Assembly: GCA_903949225.1 (NCBI GenBank)
Contig: CAJAYZ010000238.1
Coordinates: 1 to 37,560, forward strand
DNA: 37,560 bases
Origin: an uncultured Planctomycetaceae bacterium
Lineage (GTDB): Bacteria; Planctomycetota; Planctomycetia; Pirellulales; UBA1268
Reading direction: 5' to 3'
Each line of letters begins with the position of its first letter. Position 1 is the stretch's first letter. The notes below the pieces were generated by a model. It did not search any database. It was given only the letters and a program-made list of their open reading frames with translations, and was not told the origin of the DNA. The translations under genes and the position numbers were made by a program. Shown piece by piece: positions 8,923 through 17,385 of the stretch.

Positions 8923-9966
8923 ATGCACAGGTCCACTGGGAGCACCCGGGCCCCTCGAGGGGCGCGACCGATCCGCGCATCCCGCCGGGGAGCGGCGTGC
9001 CCTGCTGCCCTGTTGGCTGGCGCTCTTGTGGCGCTCGCTGGCTGCAAGACCGACCTCAACCAGCAACTCCTCGAACGGGAGCTGCGGATGCAGGAAGACC
9101 AGATCTACCACCTCCAGGACCAGCTCCAGTCGAGGAGTGCCCGCTTGGAGCGGACGGCAGGAGAGAACGAAAGCCTGCGGAGGCAGCTGGGCATCGGCGA
9201 AGGATCGTCAGCCCCGGCCCGAGCGTCTTCGGCGCCGACCTTCGTGCCCCCTCCTCCGCTGCCCAACGTGTCGGTGCCGGGGCTGACGGCGCCCGGGGGC
9301 TCAGGTGCCGCGCCGAGGGGCCTCCGCTTCGGGCCCGGTGGCGCCCCTTCATCGTCCCCGACGCTTCCCCCGCCCCTCACGCCGCCGCCGGCATCGCTGT
9401 CGGTCCCGCCGGGGGGAATGGTGCCGCCGAAGCTCGACGGTGTCCCCCCGCTCCCCAGCGCCGGGATGCCGCCCGCCGTGCGAAGGCTGTCGTTTGAGGA
9501 GAGTCTGGCCGGCGAGGCGCGGATCAGTCATCTCGTCGTCAACCCCGCGCGGACGGAGTGCTTCGATGCCGATGGCGATGGGGTGGCCGAGGGGCTCGCC
9601 CTCGTCGTCGAGCCCCGTGATGCCGACGAGCGCCTCGTGACGGCCGCCGGAGATGTCGTCGTGTTCGTCAATGATCCTGCCGTGCCACAGGGAGCGGGCC
9701 TGGTGCCGGCGGAGCCGACCGATCCCGGCGAGGGGGGCTGCATCGCCCGCTGGGACATCCCCGAGGCCGAGGCCCAGGGGCATTTTCGCCGCACGTCGCG
9801 GGCCCGCGGGCTCCACTTTCTCCTCCGCTGGCCCGGGCCCCCGCCCCAGTCGTCGACGGTCCATGTTCACGTCGTGATGACGACGTTCGACGGCAGCGTC
9901 CACCGGGTCGACGTGCCGGTGTCGGTGCACTCTTCCGGCGACATGCCGACGCACCCCACCGATTGA
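8923..9966 (+). CDS. Hypothetical lipoprotein with a coiled-coil segment, a Pro-rich linker and a C-terminal beta-rich domain
   Basis: The N-terminal signal has the lipobox LVALAGC. A heptad-like stretch LNQQLLERELRMQEDQIYHLQDQLQ is followed by PPPPLP-type low complexity. I recognised no family. Confidence 0.6.
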   Translation: MHRSTGSTRAPRGARPIRASRRGAACPAALLAGALVALAGCKTDLNQQLLERELRMQEDQIYHLQDQLQSRSARLERTAGENESLRRQLGIGEGSSAPARASSAPTFVPPPPLPNVSVPGLTAPGGSGAAPRGLRFGPGGAPSSSPTLPPPLTPPPASLSVPPGGMVPPKLDGVPPLPSAGMPPAVRRLSFEESLAGEARISHLVVNPARTECFDADGDGVAEGLALVVEPRDADERLVTAAGDVVVFVNDPAVPQGAGLVPAEPTDPGEGGCIARWDIPEAEAQGHFRRTSRARGLHFLLRWPGPPPQSSTVHVHVVMTTFDGSVHRVDVPVSVHSSGDMPTHPTD

Positions 9967-10005
9967 CCCCGACTTCCCCCGCCGGCTCTTCCGCTCGCGA
10001 CGGTG

Positions 10006-10039
10006 AAAAAAAGCGGGGCGCCGCCGTGCGACGCCCCGC
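10006..10039 (-). terminator. Rho-independent terminator of gap
   Basis: The minus strand reads GCGGGGCG-(11 nt loop)-CGCCCCGC followed by TTTTTTT. It lies about 30 nt downstream of the gap stop codon. Confidence 0.6.
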
Positions 10040-10069
10040 CGAAGATTCTGCTTCGCCCGTCGGGCCAAA

Positions 10070-11086
10070 TCAGAGGCCGCGATCCTCGAGGAAGTTGAGG
10101 AGGTCGGCGACACGGTTGGAATAGCCCCATTCGTTGTCGTACCAGCTGACGACCTTGACGAAGTTGCCCAGGCCGATCGTGTCGACAGCCGAGAAGATCG
10201 AGCTGTGCGGATCCCCCTTGAGGTCGGTGGAGACCAGCTCCTTGTCGGTGTAGCGGAGGATGCCCTTGAGGGGGCCCTCGGCCGCCTTCTTCATCACCGC
10301 GTTGATGTCAGCCGGCGAGGCTTCCTTGTTGAGGATCGCCGTGAAGTCGACGACGCTCACCGTCGGCGTCGGCACGCGGAACGCCATGCCGGTGAACTTC
10401 CCCTGGAGGGCCGGGATGACGAGACCGACGGCCCGTGCCGCACCGGTGCTCGACGGGACGATGTTGAGGGCCGCGGCCCGGGCATCGCGGAGATCCTTGG
10501 CGGCCGTGTCGACCGTCTTCTGGGAGTTGGTATAGGCGTGGACCGTCGTCAGCAGGCCGCGGTCGATGCCGTAGGTCTCGTGGAGCACCTTGGCGACCGG
10601 GGCGAGGCCGTTGGTCGTGCAGGAGGCGTTGGAGATGACATGGTGCTTGGAGGGGTCGTACATCTCGTTGTTGACGCCGAGGACGATCGTCAGATCCTCG
10701 TTCTTGGCCGGGGCCGAGATCACGACCTTCTTCACGCTCCCACGCTTGTGGGCGACCGCCTTGGTGGCGTCGGTGAAGAAGCCGGTGCTCTCGACGACCA
10801 CCTGCACCCCCTGGCTCGACCAGTCGATCGCGCCGGGATCCTTCTCGGCGAAGACCTTGATCTTCCGGCCGTCGACGACGAGGTCGTTCCCCTCGTAGGC
10901 GACGTGCCCCTTGAATGGACCGTAGTTGGAGTCGAACTCGAGGAGGTGGGCGTTCGTCTTGGCGTCGGTGAGGTCGTTGAGGGCGACGACCTGCACGTCG
11001 CCGTCGAGGCCGAACTTCTCGTAGATGGCCCGGTAGGTGAGGCGACCGATGCGGCCGAAACCGTTGATGCCGACGCGGATGGACAC
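10070..11086 (-). CDS. gap: Type I glyceraldehyde-3-phosphate dehydrogenase
   Basis: (M)SIRVGINGFGRIGR..., active site SNASCTTNGLAP, and the C-terminal WYDNEWGYSNR. A GTG start at 11086 is preceded by AGGAG with a 7-nt spacer. The longer track ORF adds a non-homologous Pro-rich leader. Confidence 0.9.
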   Translation of the reverse strand: MSIRVGINGFGRIGRLTYRAIYEKFGLDGDVQVVALNDLTDAKTNAHLLEFDSNYGPFKGHVAYEGNDLVVDGRKIKVFAEKDPGAIDWSSQGVQVVVESTGFFTDATKAVAHKRGSVKKVVISAPAKNEDLTIVLGVNNEMYDPSKHHVISNASCTTNGLAPVAKVLHETYGIDRGLLTTVHAYTNSQKTVDTAAKDLRDARAAALNIVPSSTGAARAVGLVIPALQGKFTGMAFRVPTPTVSVVDFTAILNKEASPADINAVMKKAAEGPLKGILRYTDKELVSTDLKGDPHSSIFSAVDTIGLGNFVKVVSWYDNEWGYSNRVADLLNFLEDRGL

Positions 11087-11371
11087 TGGCAGACTCCTGG
11101 GGCGGGGCGCCGGGGAGGGCGGGGCGCCGGGGGTGGGAACGGCCTCCTGCGACGATTGCAGGATTGGTGGCCGCGGTGGACGCGCGAGCAAATATACACC
11201 CGCTCGCCAGGGCCGCTCAAACAACCCGTGGGCTGTCCCGCCACGCTCCCATCCCGCCGGGGCGTCGCCGCCCCCCCGGACGGAGAGATTCCCGCTCTTT
11301 CCCGCCGCGTGGCGATCGGGAATACTGCGGGGCGTTCCCCGTGGCCCTGTCCGCCGCTCTTCCGAGATGCC

Positions 11372-12061
11372 ATGTCGACCCCCGTCATCCAGCTCGAGAA
11401 GGTGCGGAAGTCATTCGCGATGCCGGGGGGGGACCGGGTCGACGTCCTCGACATCGAAGCCTTCACGGTTGCCCCCGGCGAGCACCTCGCCCTCGAGGGG
11501 CAGAGCGGGTCGGGAAAGTCGACGCTCCTCAACGTCATCTCCGGGATCACCCGCCCCGATGCCGGGAGGGTGGTCATCGATGGCATCGATCTGGCCCGGC
11601 TCGACGAGGCCCGTCGCGACCGGGTGCGGGCCGACAAGCTCGGGATGGTGTTTCAGTCGTTCAACCTCCTCCCCGGGTTTACCGCCCTGGAGAATGTCCT
11701 CGTGGCGATGGCCTTCGGGTCCGGGCGTCCCGACCGGTCGCGGGCCATGGAGCTCCTCAGCGCGGTCGACCTCGGCCACCGCCTTCACCATCGCCCCGCG
11801 GAGCTCTCCACCGGCCAGCAGCAACGCGTGGCCGTGGCCCGGGCCCTCGCCAACCGGCCGCGGGTCGTCCTCGCCGATGAGCCGACCGCCAGCATCGATG
11901 CCGCCCACCAGCAGCAGGTGATCGATCTCCTCCGCACGACCTGCACCGACCACGGCGTGGCGCTCGTCGTCGTCACGCATGCCCCGGAGGTGTCGGCCCA
12001 ATTCCCCCGCCGGCTCCGTCTCGAGGACTTCAACCGCGCCGCCGCCGTCCACAAGCGCTGA
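11372..12061 (+). CDS. ABC transporter ATP-binding protein (MacB/LolD/FtsE-type)
   Basis: Walker A GQSGSGKST, signature LSTGQQQRVAVARAL, Walker B VVLADEPT and H-loop VVVTHA. This is only the 3' 229 codons of the 618-aa track ORF. Confidence 0.9.
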   Translation: MSTPVIQLEKVRKSFAMPGGDRVDVLDIEAFTVAPGEHLALEGQSGSGKSTLLNVISGITRPDAGRVVIDGIDLARLDEARRDRVRADKLGMVFQSFNLLPGFTALENVLVAMAFGSGRPDRSRAMELLSAVDLGHRLHHRPAELSTGQQQRVAVARALANRPRVVLADEPTASIDAAHQQQVIDLLRTTCTDHGVALVVVTHAPEVSAQFPRRLRLEDFNRAAAVHKR

Positions 12062-12087
12062 CCGTCTCTCCCCGCTGGTCACTCCCC

Positions 12088-13425
12088 ATGAACCTCCTCG
12101 GCATCGCCTGGCGCAACATTCGCCAGCGCCCCCTCACCAGCGCCCTGACGGCGGTGTCGCTGGCGCTCGGCGTGGCGCTGGTCGTGGCGACGCTCGTCAC
12201 CGGGAGAATCGTCCAGCAGGCCTTCGAGTCGGGGGCTGGGCTCGGCTACAACATGATCGTGGGGGCGAAGGGGAGCCCCCTCCAGCTCGTCCTCAACACC
12301 GTCTACTTGATCAGCAAACCGATCGAGAACGTCGGCTGGGACTTCTATGAGGAGTTCCTCCCGGCGGCGCGGCGCGCCGACGGGGTCGACGGGAAGTATG
12401 CCGCGAGCACCGGCGTGGCCGTCCCGACCTGCATGGGGGACTACTACCGCAGCTTCCGGGTCGTGGGAACGAACTCCGATTTCTTTGGCCGGCTCACGCG
12501 AGGCGACGGCGAGCCGTTCCGGTTCGCGGCGGGAGAGAATCTCCGCGACGATGACTTCTTCGCCGGCGTGATCGGCGCGAGTGTCGCCGACACCCTCGGC
12601 CTCAAAGTGGGAGATCCGTTCGCCCCCACCCACGGCGCCGATGACGGCAAGGTGCACGACCCGTTTCATGTCGTGGGGATCCTCGAGCGCACCTGGACGC
12701 CGATCGACCGCGGTGTGTTTGTCAACATGGAGGGTTTCTACCTCCAGGATGGCCATGCCAAGCCTCTGCCGGACGGGGTGGAGCCGGAGGTGACAACGAC
12801 CGTAGCCGCAGATGGCCAGACGCCGCAGGGGCCGGTACCGCTCCCGGCAAGTCAGCGGGAAGTGACGGCGATCCTCCTCGAGACCGCATCGCTGCCGGGG
12901 TTGCCGCCGGAACTGACGGCGATGGGCCTGCGGACGGCGATCAACGAGGGGCGTGACGCCCAGGCGGCGCTCCCGGTGGCAGAGATTCGTCAGCTCCTCG
13001 ATCTCTTCGTCCGGCCCCTCGAGCTCGTCCTCCTCATGGTCACGGCGCTGGTCGTGCTCGTGTCGGCGCTCGGCATCCTCATCAGCATGGTCGGCTCGTC
13101 GCTCGAGCGGAGCCGCGATGTGGCGATCATGCGCGCCCTGGGGGCACGCCGCGGTCATGTCCTGGCGACGGTCCTCATCGAGGCTGTGCTCCTCGCTGTC
13201 GGCGGGGGGCTGGTCGGCTGGGTGCTCGGGCATGCAATCGTGGCGGCGATCGGGCCTTGGATCGCCGCCAGCGCGGGGGTCAGGGCCGGGTTTTTCTCGT
13301 CGGCGCCCGAGGCCGAGGTCCTTCTCGTCCCGTTCCTCGTCCTCCTGGCGATCCTCGCGGCCTTGCTCCCGGCGCTGGCCGCCTACCGCACCGATGTCTC
13401 CCGGTGGCTGCAGGGCCCCGGCTGA
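12088..13425 (+). CDS. FtsX-family ABC permease with MacB-like topology (TM1, a roughly 250-aa periplasmic domain, then 3 C-terminal TMs)
   Basis: The N-terminus MNLLGIAWRNIRQRPLTSALTAVSLALGVAL is typical of MacB/LolCE permeases. The FtsX region ...MRALGARRGHVLATVLIEAVLL... has three hydrophobic helices. The gene starts 26 nt after the ATPase gene. Confidence 0.85.
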   Translation: MNLLGIAWRNIRQRPLTSALTAVSLALGVALVVATLVTGRIVQQAFESGAGLGYNMIVGAKGSPLQLVLNTVYLISKPIENVGWDFYEEFLPAARRADGVDGKYAASTGVAVPTCMGDYYRSFRVVGTNSDFFGRLTRGDGEPFRFAAGENLRDDDFFAGVIGASVADTLGLKVGDPFAPTHGADDGKVHDPFHVVGILERTWTPIDRGVFVNMEGFYLQDGHAKPLPDGVEPEVTTTVAADGQTPQGPVPLPASQREVTAILLETASLPGLPPELTAMGLRTAINEGRDAQAALPVAEIRQLLDLFVRPLELVLLMVTALVVLVSALGILISMVGSSLERSRDVAIMRALGARRGHVLATVLIEAVLLAVGGGLVGWVLGHAIVAAIGPWIAASAGVRAGFFSSAPEAEVLLVPFLVLLAILAALLPALAAYRTDVSRWLQGPG

Positions 13426-13524
13426 GCCCTGCCGGTCCCCCCGGGCGTGGCACGCGGGAGAAAACGGGATGGCGGTGGAGAAGCGGATTTCCCCCGGCGT
13501 TCCTGAGCCTGCTAAAATCGGGCC

Positions 13525-15129
13525 ATGAAACCCAACTCCCGCTCCGCGCGCCTTTCCCGCCTCGTGGTCGCTCTCCTAACCGTCTTCTTCACCGGCAGGA
13601 TGCCGGCCGCGTCGGCGTGCCCGTTTTGTTCGGCCGTGTCGCTGACGTTCTCGCAGGAGATCGCGCAGAGTCAGGTGGCCGTGATCGCCCGGCTCGTCGA
13701 GCCCCCGACCACCGCGTCGCTGTCACCCCGGTCTGACGGCCCGCTCCCCAAGGGGCGGTTCGTGGTCGTCGAAGCGCTCAAAGGGAATGATCTGCTCGAG
13801 GGGGCGGAGCTCCTCGATGTCGATGGCGTCCGCCAGATCGAGACGATCATGCTCGAGGTCAAGCCCGCCGGCACGACCTATCTCCTCATGGCTGTCGAGC
13901 CCCCGAAGCTCGTCTGGTCGAGCCCGATCCCGGTCAGCGATCGCGGGATCGACTATCTCAAGAAGCTCGCCGACCTCCCGGCCAAGGGGGCCGATCGGTT
14001 GGCGTTCTTCCAGAAGTATCTCGAGGATGCCGACGACACCCTGGCGCGCGACGCCTATGACGAGTTTGCGGTTGCCCCCTACGACGATGTCCGCGGCCTC
14101 GAGAGCCGGATGGACCCGACGCAACTGCTCGCCTGGATCGAGAATCCGAAGGTGCCCGCCAACCGGCGTCGTCTCTACGCCACGATGCTCGGGGTCTGCG
14201 GCACCAAGGCCGACGCCGATCGCATCGGGGCGATCCTTGCCAACACCGAGCCCGATCCGGCCAACGCCGAGGTGCGTTCGGGCCTCGACGCCCTCATCGC
14301 CTGCTATGTCACCCTCAAGGGCCCCGAGGGGCTCGACATGGTCGACACCCAGTTCCTCGACCGCAAGGGGCGGAATGTTCCCTTCACCGAAACCTACGCA
14401 GCGGTGATGGCGCTGCGGTTCCTCGGCGAGGAATCGACGGTGGTGCCACGGGAGCGGGTCCTGCAGTCATTGCGGATCCTCCTCGGCGAGCCGAAGCTCG
14501 CCGACCTCGTCATCGCCGATCTCGCTCGCTGGGAGGATTGGTCGGTCGTCGACCGGCTCGGCGAACTCTTCGAGAAGGCCGACGCCGACAACCTCTTCGT
14601 CCGCGAGCCGGTCGTGAACTACCTCAAGGCCTGCCCCGATCCCCACGCCGCCGAGGTGCTTGCGAAGCTCGAGAAGCTCGATCCCGAGGCGGTCCGCCGG
14701 GCGGCGACACTGGCCGGCTTTGCGGCGGCGCTTGCCGTGCCGAAGCCGGCTGAGGGTGCCCCCGCGGCCACCGAATCCGACGGTGATCCCGGCGACCCGT
14801 CCTCTCAGCCCGGAGGCGCGGCGCCTGCCGTGACGAGCCCGCCGGCCACCGAAGTCTCGGCGGCCGAAGCGGCGCTGGCCGCCCGCATCCCCCCGGTGTT
14901 GGGCGACGAGGATGCCACGGACGAAACCGTGGCGATCGATCCTGCCCGCGTCGAGGCCGGAGGGGAGCTGAAGGCTACTCCGATGGCACCGGCCATCGTG
15001 AATGGTGGATCGACGCCCGCCGCCAATCCGTGGGTGTCGACCTTGGGGCGGTGGTGCGGCGTAGCCCTCCTGCTGGCGGCGGTGGCGGTGCTGTCTCGGA
15101 TGGCGATGCGATCCTCCGGCGCCGCGTGA
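13525..15129 (+). CDS. Exported hypothetical protein: signal peptide, CPFC motif at the predicted mature N-terminus, helical-repeat-like body, Pro/Ala-rich linker and a C-terminal TM anchor
   Basis: MKPNSRSARLSRLVVALLTVFFTGRMPAASA-CPFC (Cys codons at 13618-13629). The body is rich in short Leu/Ala/Asp helices. The C-terminus WCGVALLLAAVAVLSRMAMR is hydrophobic then basic. It is a clear paralog of the 19377-20594 product. Confidence 0.7.
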   Translation: MKPNSRSARLSRLVVALLTVFFTGRMPAASACPFCSAVSLTFSQEIAQSQVAVIARLVEPPTTASLSPRSDGPLPKGRFVVVEALKGNDLLEGAELLDVDGVRQIETIMLEVKPAGTTYLLMAVEPPKLVWSSPIPVSDRGIDYLKKLADLPAKGADRLAFFQKYLEDADDTLARDAYDEFAVAPYDDVRGLESRMDPTQLLAWIENPKVPANRRRLYATMLGVCGTKADADRIGAILANTEPDPANAEVRSGLDALIACYVTLKGPEGLDMVDTQFLDRKGRNVPFTETYAAVMALRFLGEESTVVPRERVLQSLRILLGEPKLADLVIADLARWEDWSVVDRLGELFEKADADNLFVREPVVNYLKACPDPHAAEVLAKLEKLDPEAVRRAATLAGFAAALAVPKPAEGAPAATESDGDPGDPSSQPGGAAPAVTSPPATEVSAAEAALAARIPPVLGDEDATDETVAIDPARVEAGGELKATPMAPAIVNGGSTPAANPWVSTLGRWCGVALLLAAVAVLSRMAMRSSGAA

Positions 15130-15199
15130 AGGGCGCCCGGCCTTCGGATGAGGTCCTCCCGTTCCGCGCGATCAGTCCCCTGTTCCCCGGGAAGTTTCC

Positions 15200-15886
15200 A
15201 TGGCTGCCGGTCTCTTCGATACGCCCGAGTCGTCGGCCTCGGGCGATCTTCCTCCGATCGACGATGGCTATCGTGCCTTCGGAGGGGTGACGATCGCTGC
15301 GACCGTGCTCGCGCTCCTCTCCCCCTTGGGCTTCATCGATTGGTGGCTCCTGACGGTGCCGCTGCTGGCGGTTGTCCTCGGGCTCGTCGGCTGGCGCGAC
15401 ATCCTCGCTCGCCCGGATGTCCTCGCCGGCAAGGTGCTGGCGATCGGCTCAATGGTCGTCGGCAGCCTCCTGTTCGCCGGCGGCCTTTGGTACCAAGCGA
15501 CGGTCTACGCTCGCGAACTGCCACCGGGATTCGAGCGCCTCAACTACGCGGCCCTGCAGCCCGGGGAAGGGGAGCCGGCGAACATGATCCCGGAGTCAGC
15601 GGTGAAGATGCACGGTCGCGACGTCCTCCTGAAAGGTTACATGTATCCGGGAAAACAGCAGCGCGGCATCCGCCAGTTCCTCCTCGTGCGCGACCAGGGG
15701 GATTGCTGCTTCGGTGGCAATCCGAAGATCACCGACCGGGTGCTCGTGCAGATGGCCGACAAGCAGATGATCGAGTACACGCCGCGATTGCGGAAGATCG
15801 CGGGCCGGTTCTCGATCCGTCCTGCCGGGGCCGTCGATGTCGACGGCGGGGTGTTCTATCACCTGGAGGATGCCAGTGTCCGCTGA
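15200..15886 (+). CDS. Membrane-anchored CCFG-motif protein (DUF3299-like)
   Basis: Hydrophobic helices (VTIAATVLALLSPLGFIDWWLLTVPLLAVVLGLVGW and VLAIGSMVVGSLLFAGGLW) are followed by GYMYPGKQQRGIRQFLLVRDQGDCCFGG (CC at 15704-15709). The family assignment rests on motif resemblance only. Confidence 0.65.
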   Translation: MAAGLFDTPESSASGDLPPIDDGYRAFGGVTIAATVLALLSPLGFIDWWLLTVPLLAVVLGLVGWRDILARPDVLAGKVLAIGSMVVGSLLFAGGLWYQATVYARELPPGFERLNYAALQPGEGEPANMIPESAVKMHGRDVLLKGYMYPGKQQRGIRQFLLVRDQGDCCFGGNPKITDRVLVQMADKQMIEYTPRLRKIAGRFSIRPAGAVDVDGGVFYHLEDASVR

Positions 15887-16478
15887 CCGCCACGCCCGCC
15901 GGTGGTGGGCACTCGCCCTGCTGCTGACCTCCGTCACGATCGGCTGCGCGCCGGCGGAATCTCGGGTCGCGCCGCAGCAGCGCCCGGCCACGGGGGCCAG
16001 GGAGACAGGATCGGCCGCCGCGGGCGATCTGGCGCAGGAAGAAGCAGCGGGCGCTGCAGCGCCGGTCGTCGCGGTGAAGCCCCCGGCTGTTGCCACGGGC
16101 GATGGAAGGGTGCGGGAGATCACGTTCGACGATCTCAAGCTGCCACTGGAGAAGGGGGAGCCGTTTGATCGCGGGATCCTGCCGCCGGCGGTCGACGCCC
16201 TCCAGGGGCAGCGGGTGAGGATCCGCGGCTACATCCTCCCCAGCTTCCAGCAGCGCGGGATCACCCAGTTCGTGCTCGTCCGCGACAACATGGAATGCTG
16301 TTTCGGTCCCGGCGCGCTCCTCCATGACTGCGTCGTCGTGCGGATGCGGCCGGGCAAGTCGGCCGATTTCTCGATCCGCCCGGTGGCCGTGGCGGGATCG
16401 TTCCGGCTCGAGGAGCTCAAGGGCCCCGACGGCAAGCACTTGGCCGTCTACGCCATCGACGGCGACGCCGTGGAGTAA
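15870..16478 (+). CDS. Lipoprotein-type CCFG-motif protein (DUF3299-like), tandem paralog of the previous gene
   Basis: The signal WWALALLLTSVTIGC has a lipobox. The core is GYILPSFQQRGITQFVLVRDNMECCFGPG. The ATG at 15870 overlaps the upstream stop codon (15884-15886) by 17 nt. The GTG at 15876 is an alternative start. Confidence 0.65.
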   Translation: MPVSADRHARRWWALALLLTSVTIGCAPAESRVAPQQRPATGARETGSAAAGDLAQEEAAGAAAPVVAVKPPAVATGDGRVREITFDDLKLPLEKGEPFDRGILPPAVDALQGQRVRIRGYILPSFQQRGITQFVLVRDNMECCFGPGALLHDCVVVRMRPGKSADFSIRPVAVAGSFRLEELKGPDGKHLAVYAIDGDAVE

Positions 16479-16589
16479 GCCCTTTCGGGCATCCGTGAAC
16501 CACAGGCGGGCGTCTGTTACCATCACTTTGGCCTTTGATCGGCACGCCCGCCGCGCTCTGCGGTGATCCTCACTGCCCCAACGCCCGCC

Positions 16590-17384
16590 ATGCCCTTCGA
16601 CCTCTCCTGGTTCTACGACATCCCGACAGCCCGGGCGGCGCTGCTCATGGTGGGGGCGTTCGTCGCCTTCTACTGGGCCGGGGCGGTGGTCGTGCGGCCG
16701 ATCCTGCGGATATTCGTCCGCCGGGCGCCGGGGCTCAACGACCTCATCGGCTACATCCTCTCCTGCTTCTGCGTGTTTTACGGCCTGCTCCTCGGCCTGA
16801 TCGCCGTCACGGCCTATCAGAACGTCGAGTCGGCGGAGCAGAACGTCACCCGCGAGGCCGCGGCCCTCTCGGCCCTCTATGAGGACATGTCACGATATCC
16901 CGAGCCCCACGGCCAGGATCTCCGCTGGCTGATCCGCGACTACACGCGCTACGTCATCAAATATGCCTGGCCGTTGCAGCAACAGGGAATCATTCCGGAG
17001 GAGGGCACGATCCATGCCGAGGCCCTCTTCGATCGGCTCCTCGACTTCCAGCCCAAGACTCCCGGCGAGGAGATCCTCCATGCCGAGGCGCTGCGGCAGA
17101 TCAATCACTTCCTCGAATGCCGCCGGCTTCGCCTCCATTCCGTGCGGGCAGGATTGCCGCGGGCGATGTGGATCGTGATGTTCGTCGGGGCGTTTTTCAA
17201 CATCCTCCTCTGCTGGATGTTCGACACTCGCTTCCTCACCCAGCTCGTTCTCGGCGGGATTCTGGCCGCGTATCTGGGCTTGATGATGTACCTCATCGTC
17301 GACATGAATCAGCCCTTCCGCGGCGAGGTGAGTGTTTCGCCTGAGGCTTTTGAATTGCTCTACCAGCGGATGCTCGAGGACTGA
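16590..17384 (+). CDS. DUF4239-like integral membrane protein
   Basis: An N-terminal TM, a central soluble helical region and two C-terminal TMs ending ...DMNQPFRGEVSVSPEAFE match my recollection of DUF4239 proteins. The GTG at 16563 is an alternative start. Confidence 0.6.
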   Translation: MPFDLSWFYDIPTARAALLMVGAFVAFYWAGAVVVRPILRIFVRRAPGLNDLIGYILSCFCVFYGLLLGLIAVTAYQNVESAEQNVTREAAALSALYEDMSRYPEPHGQDLRWLIRDYTRYVIKYAWPLQQQGIIPEEGTIHAEALFDRLLDFQPKTPGEEILHAEALRQINHFLECRRLRLHSVRAGLPRAMWIVMFVGAFFNILLCWMFDTRFLTQLVLGGILAAYLGLMMYLIVDMNQPFRGEVSVSPEAFELLYQRMLED

Positions 17385-17385
17385 C

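Noticed and set aside
7581-9059. A 492-aa minus-strand ORF.
   Set aside because: It is antisense to both clpP genes, which have unambiguous catalytic motifs. No family resemblance was found.
10205-11371. The 5' two-thirds of the 618-aa + strand ORF (10205-12061).
   Set aside because: It is antisense to the well-supported gap gene and is Arg/Gly/Asp-rich shadow sequence. Only the last 229 codons, from the ATG at 11372, have ABC ATPase motifs.
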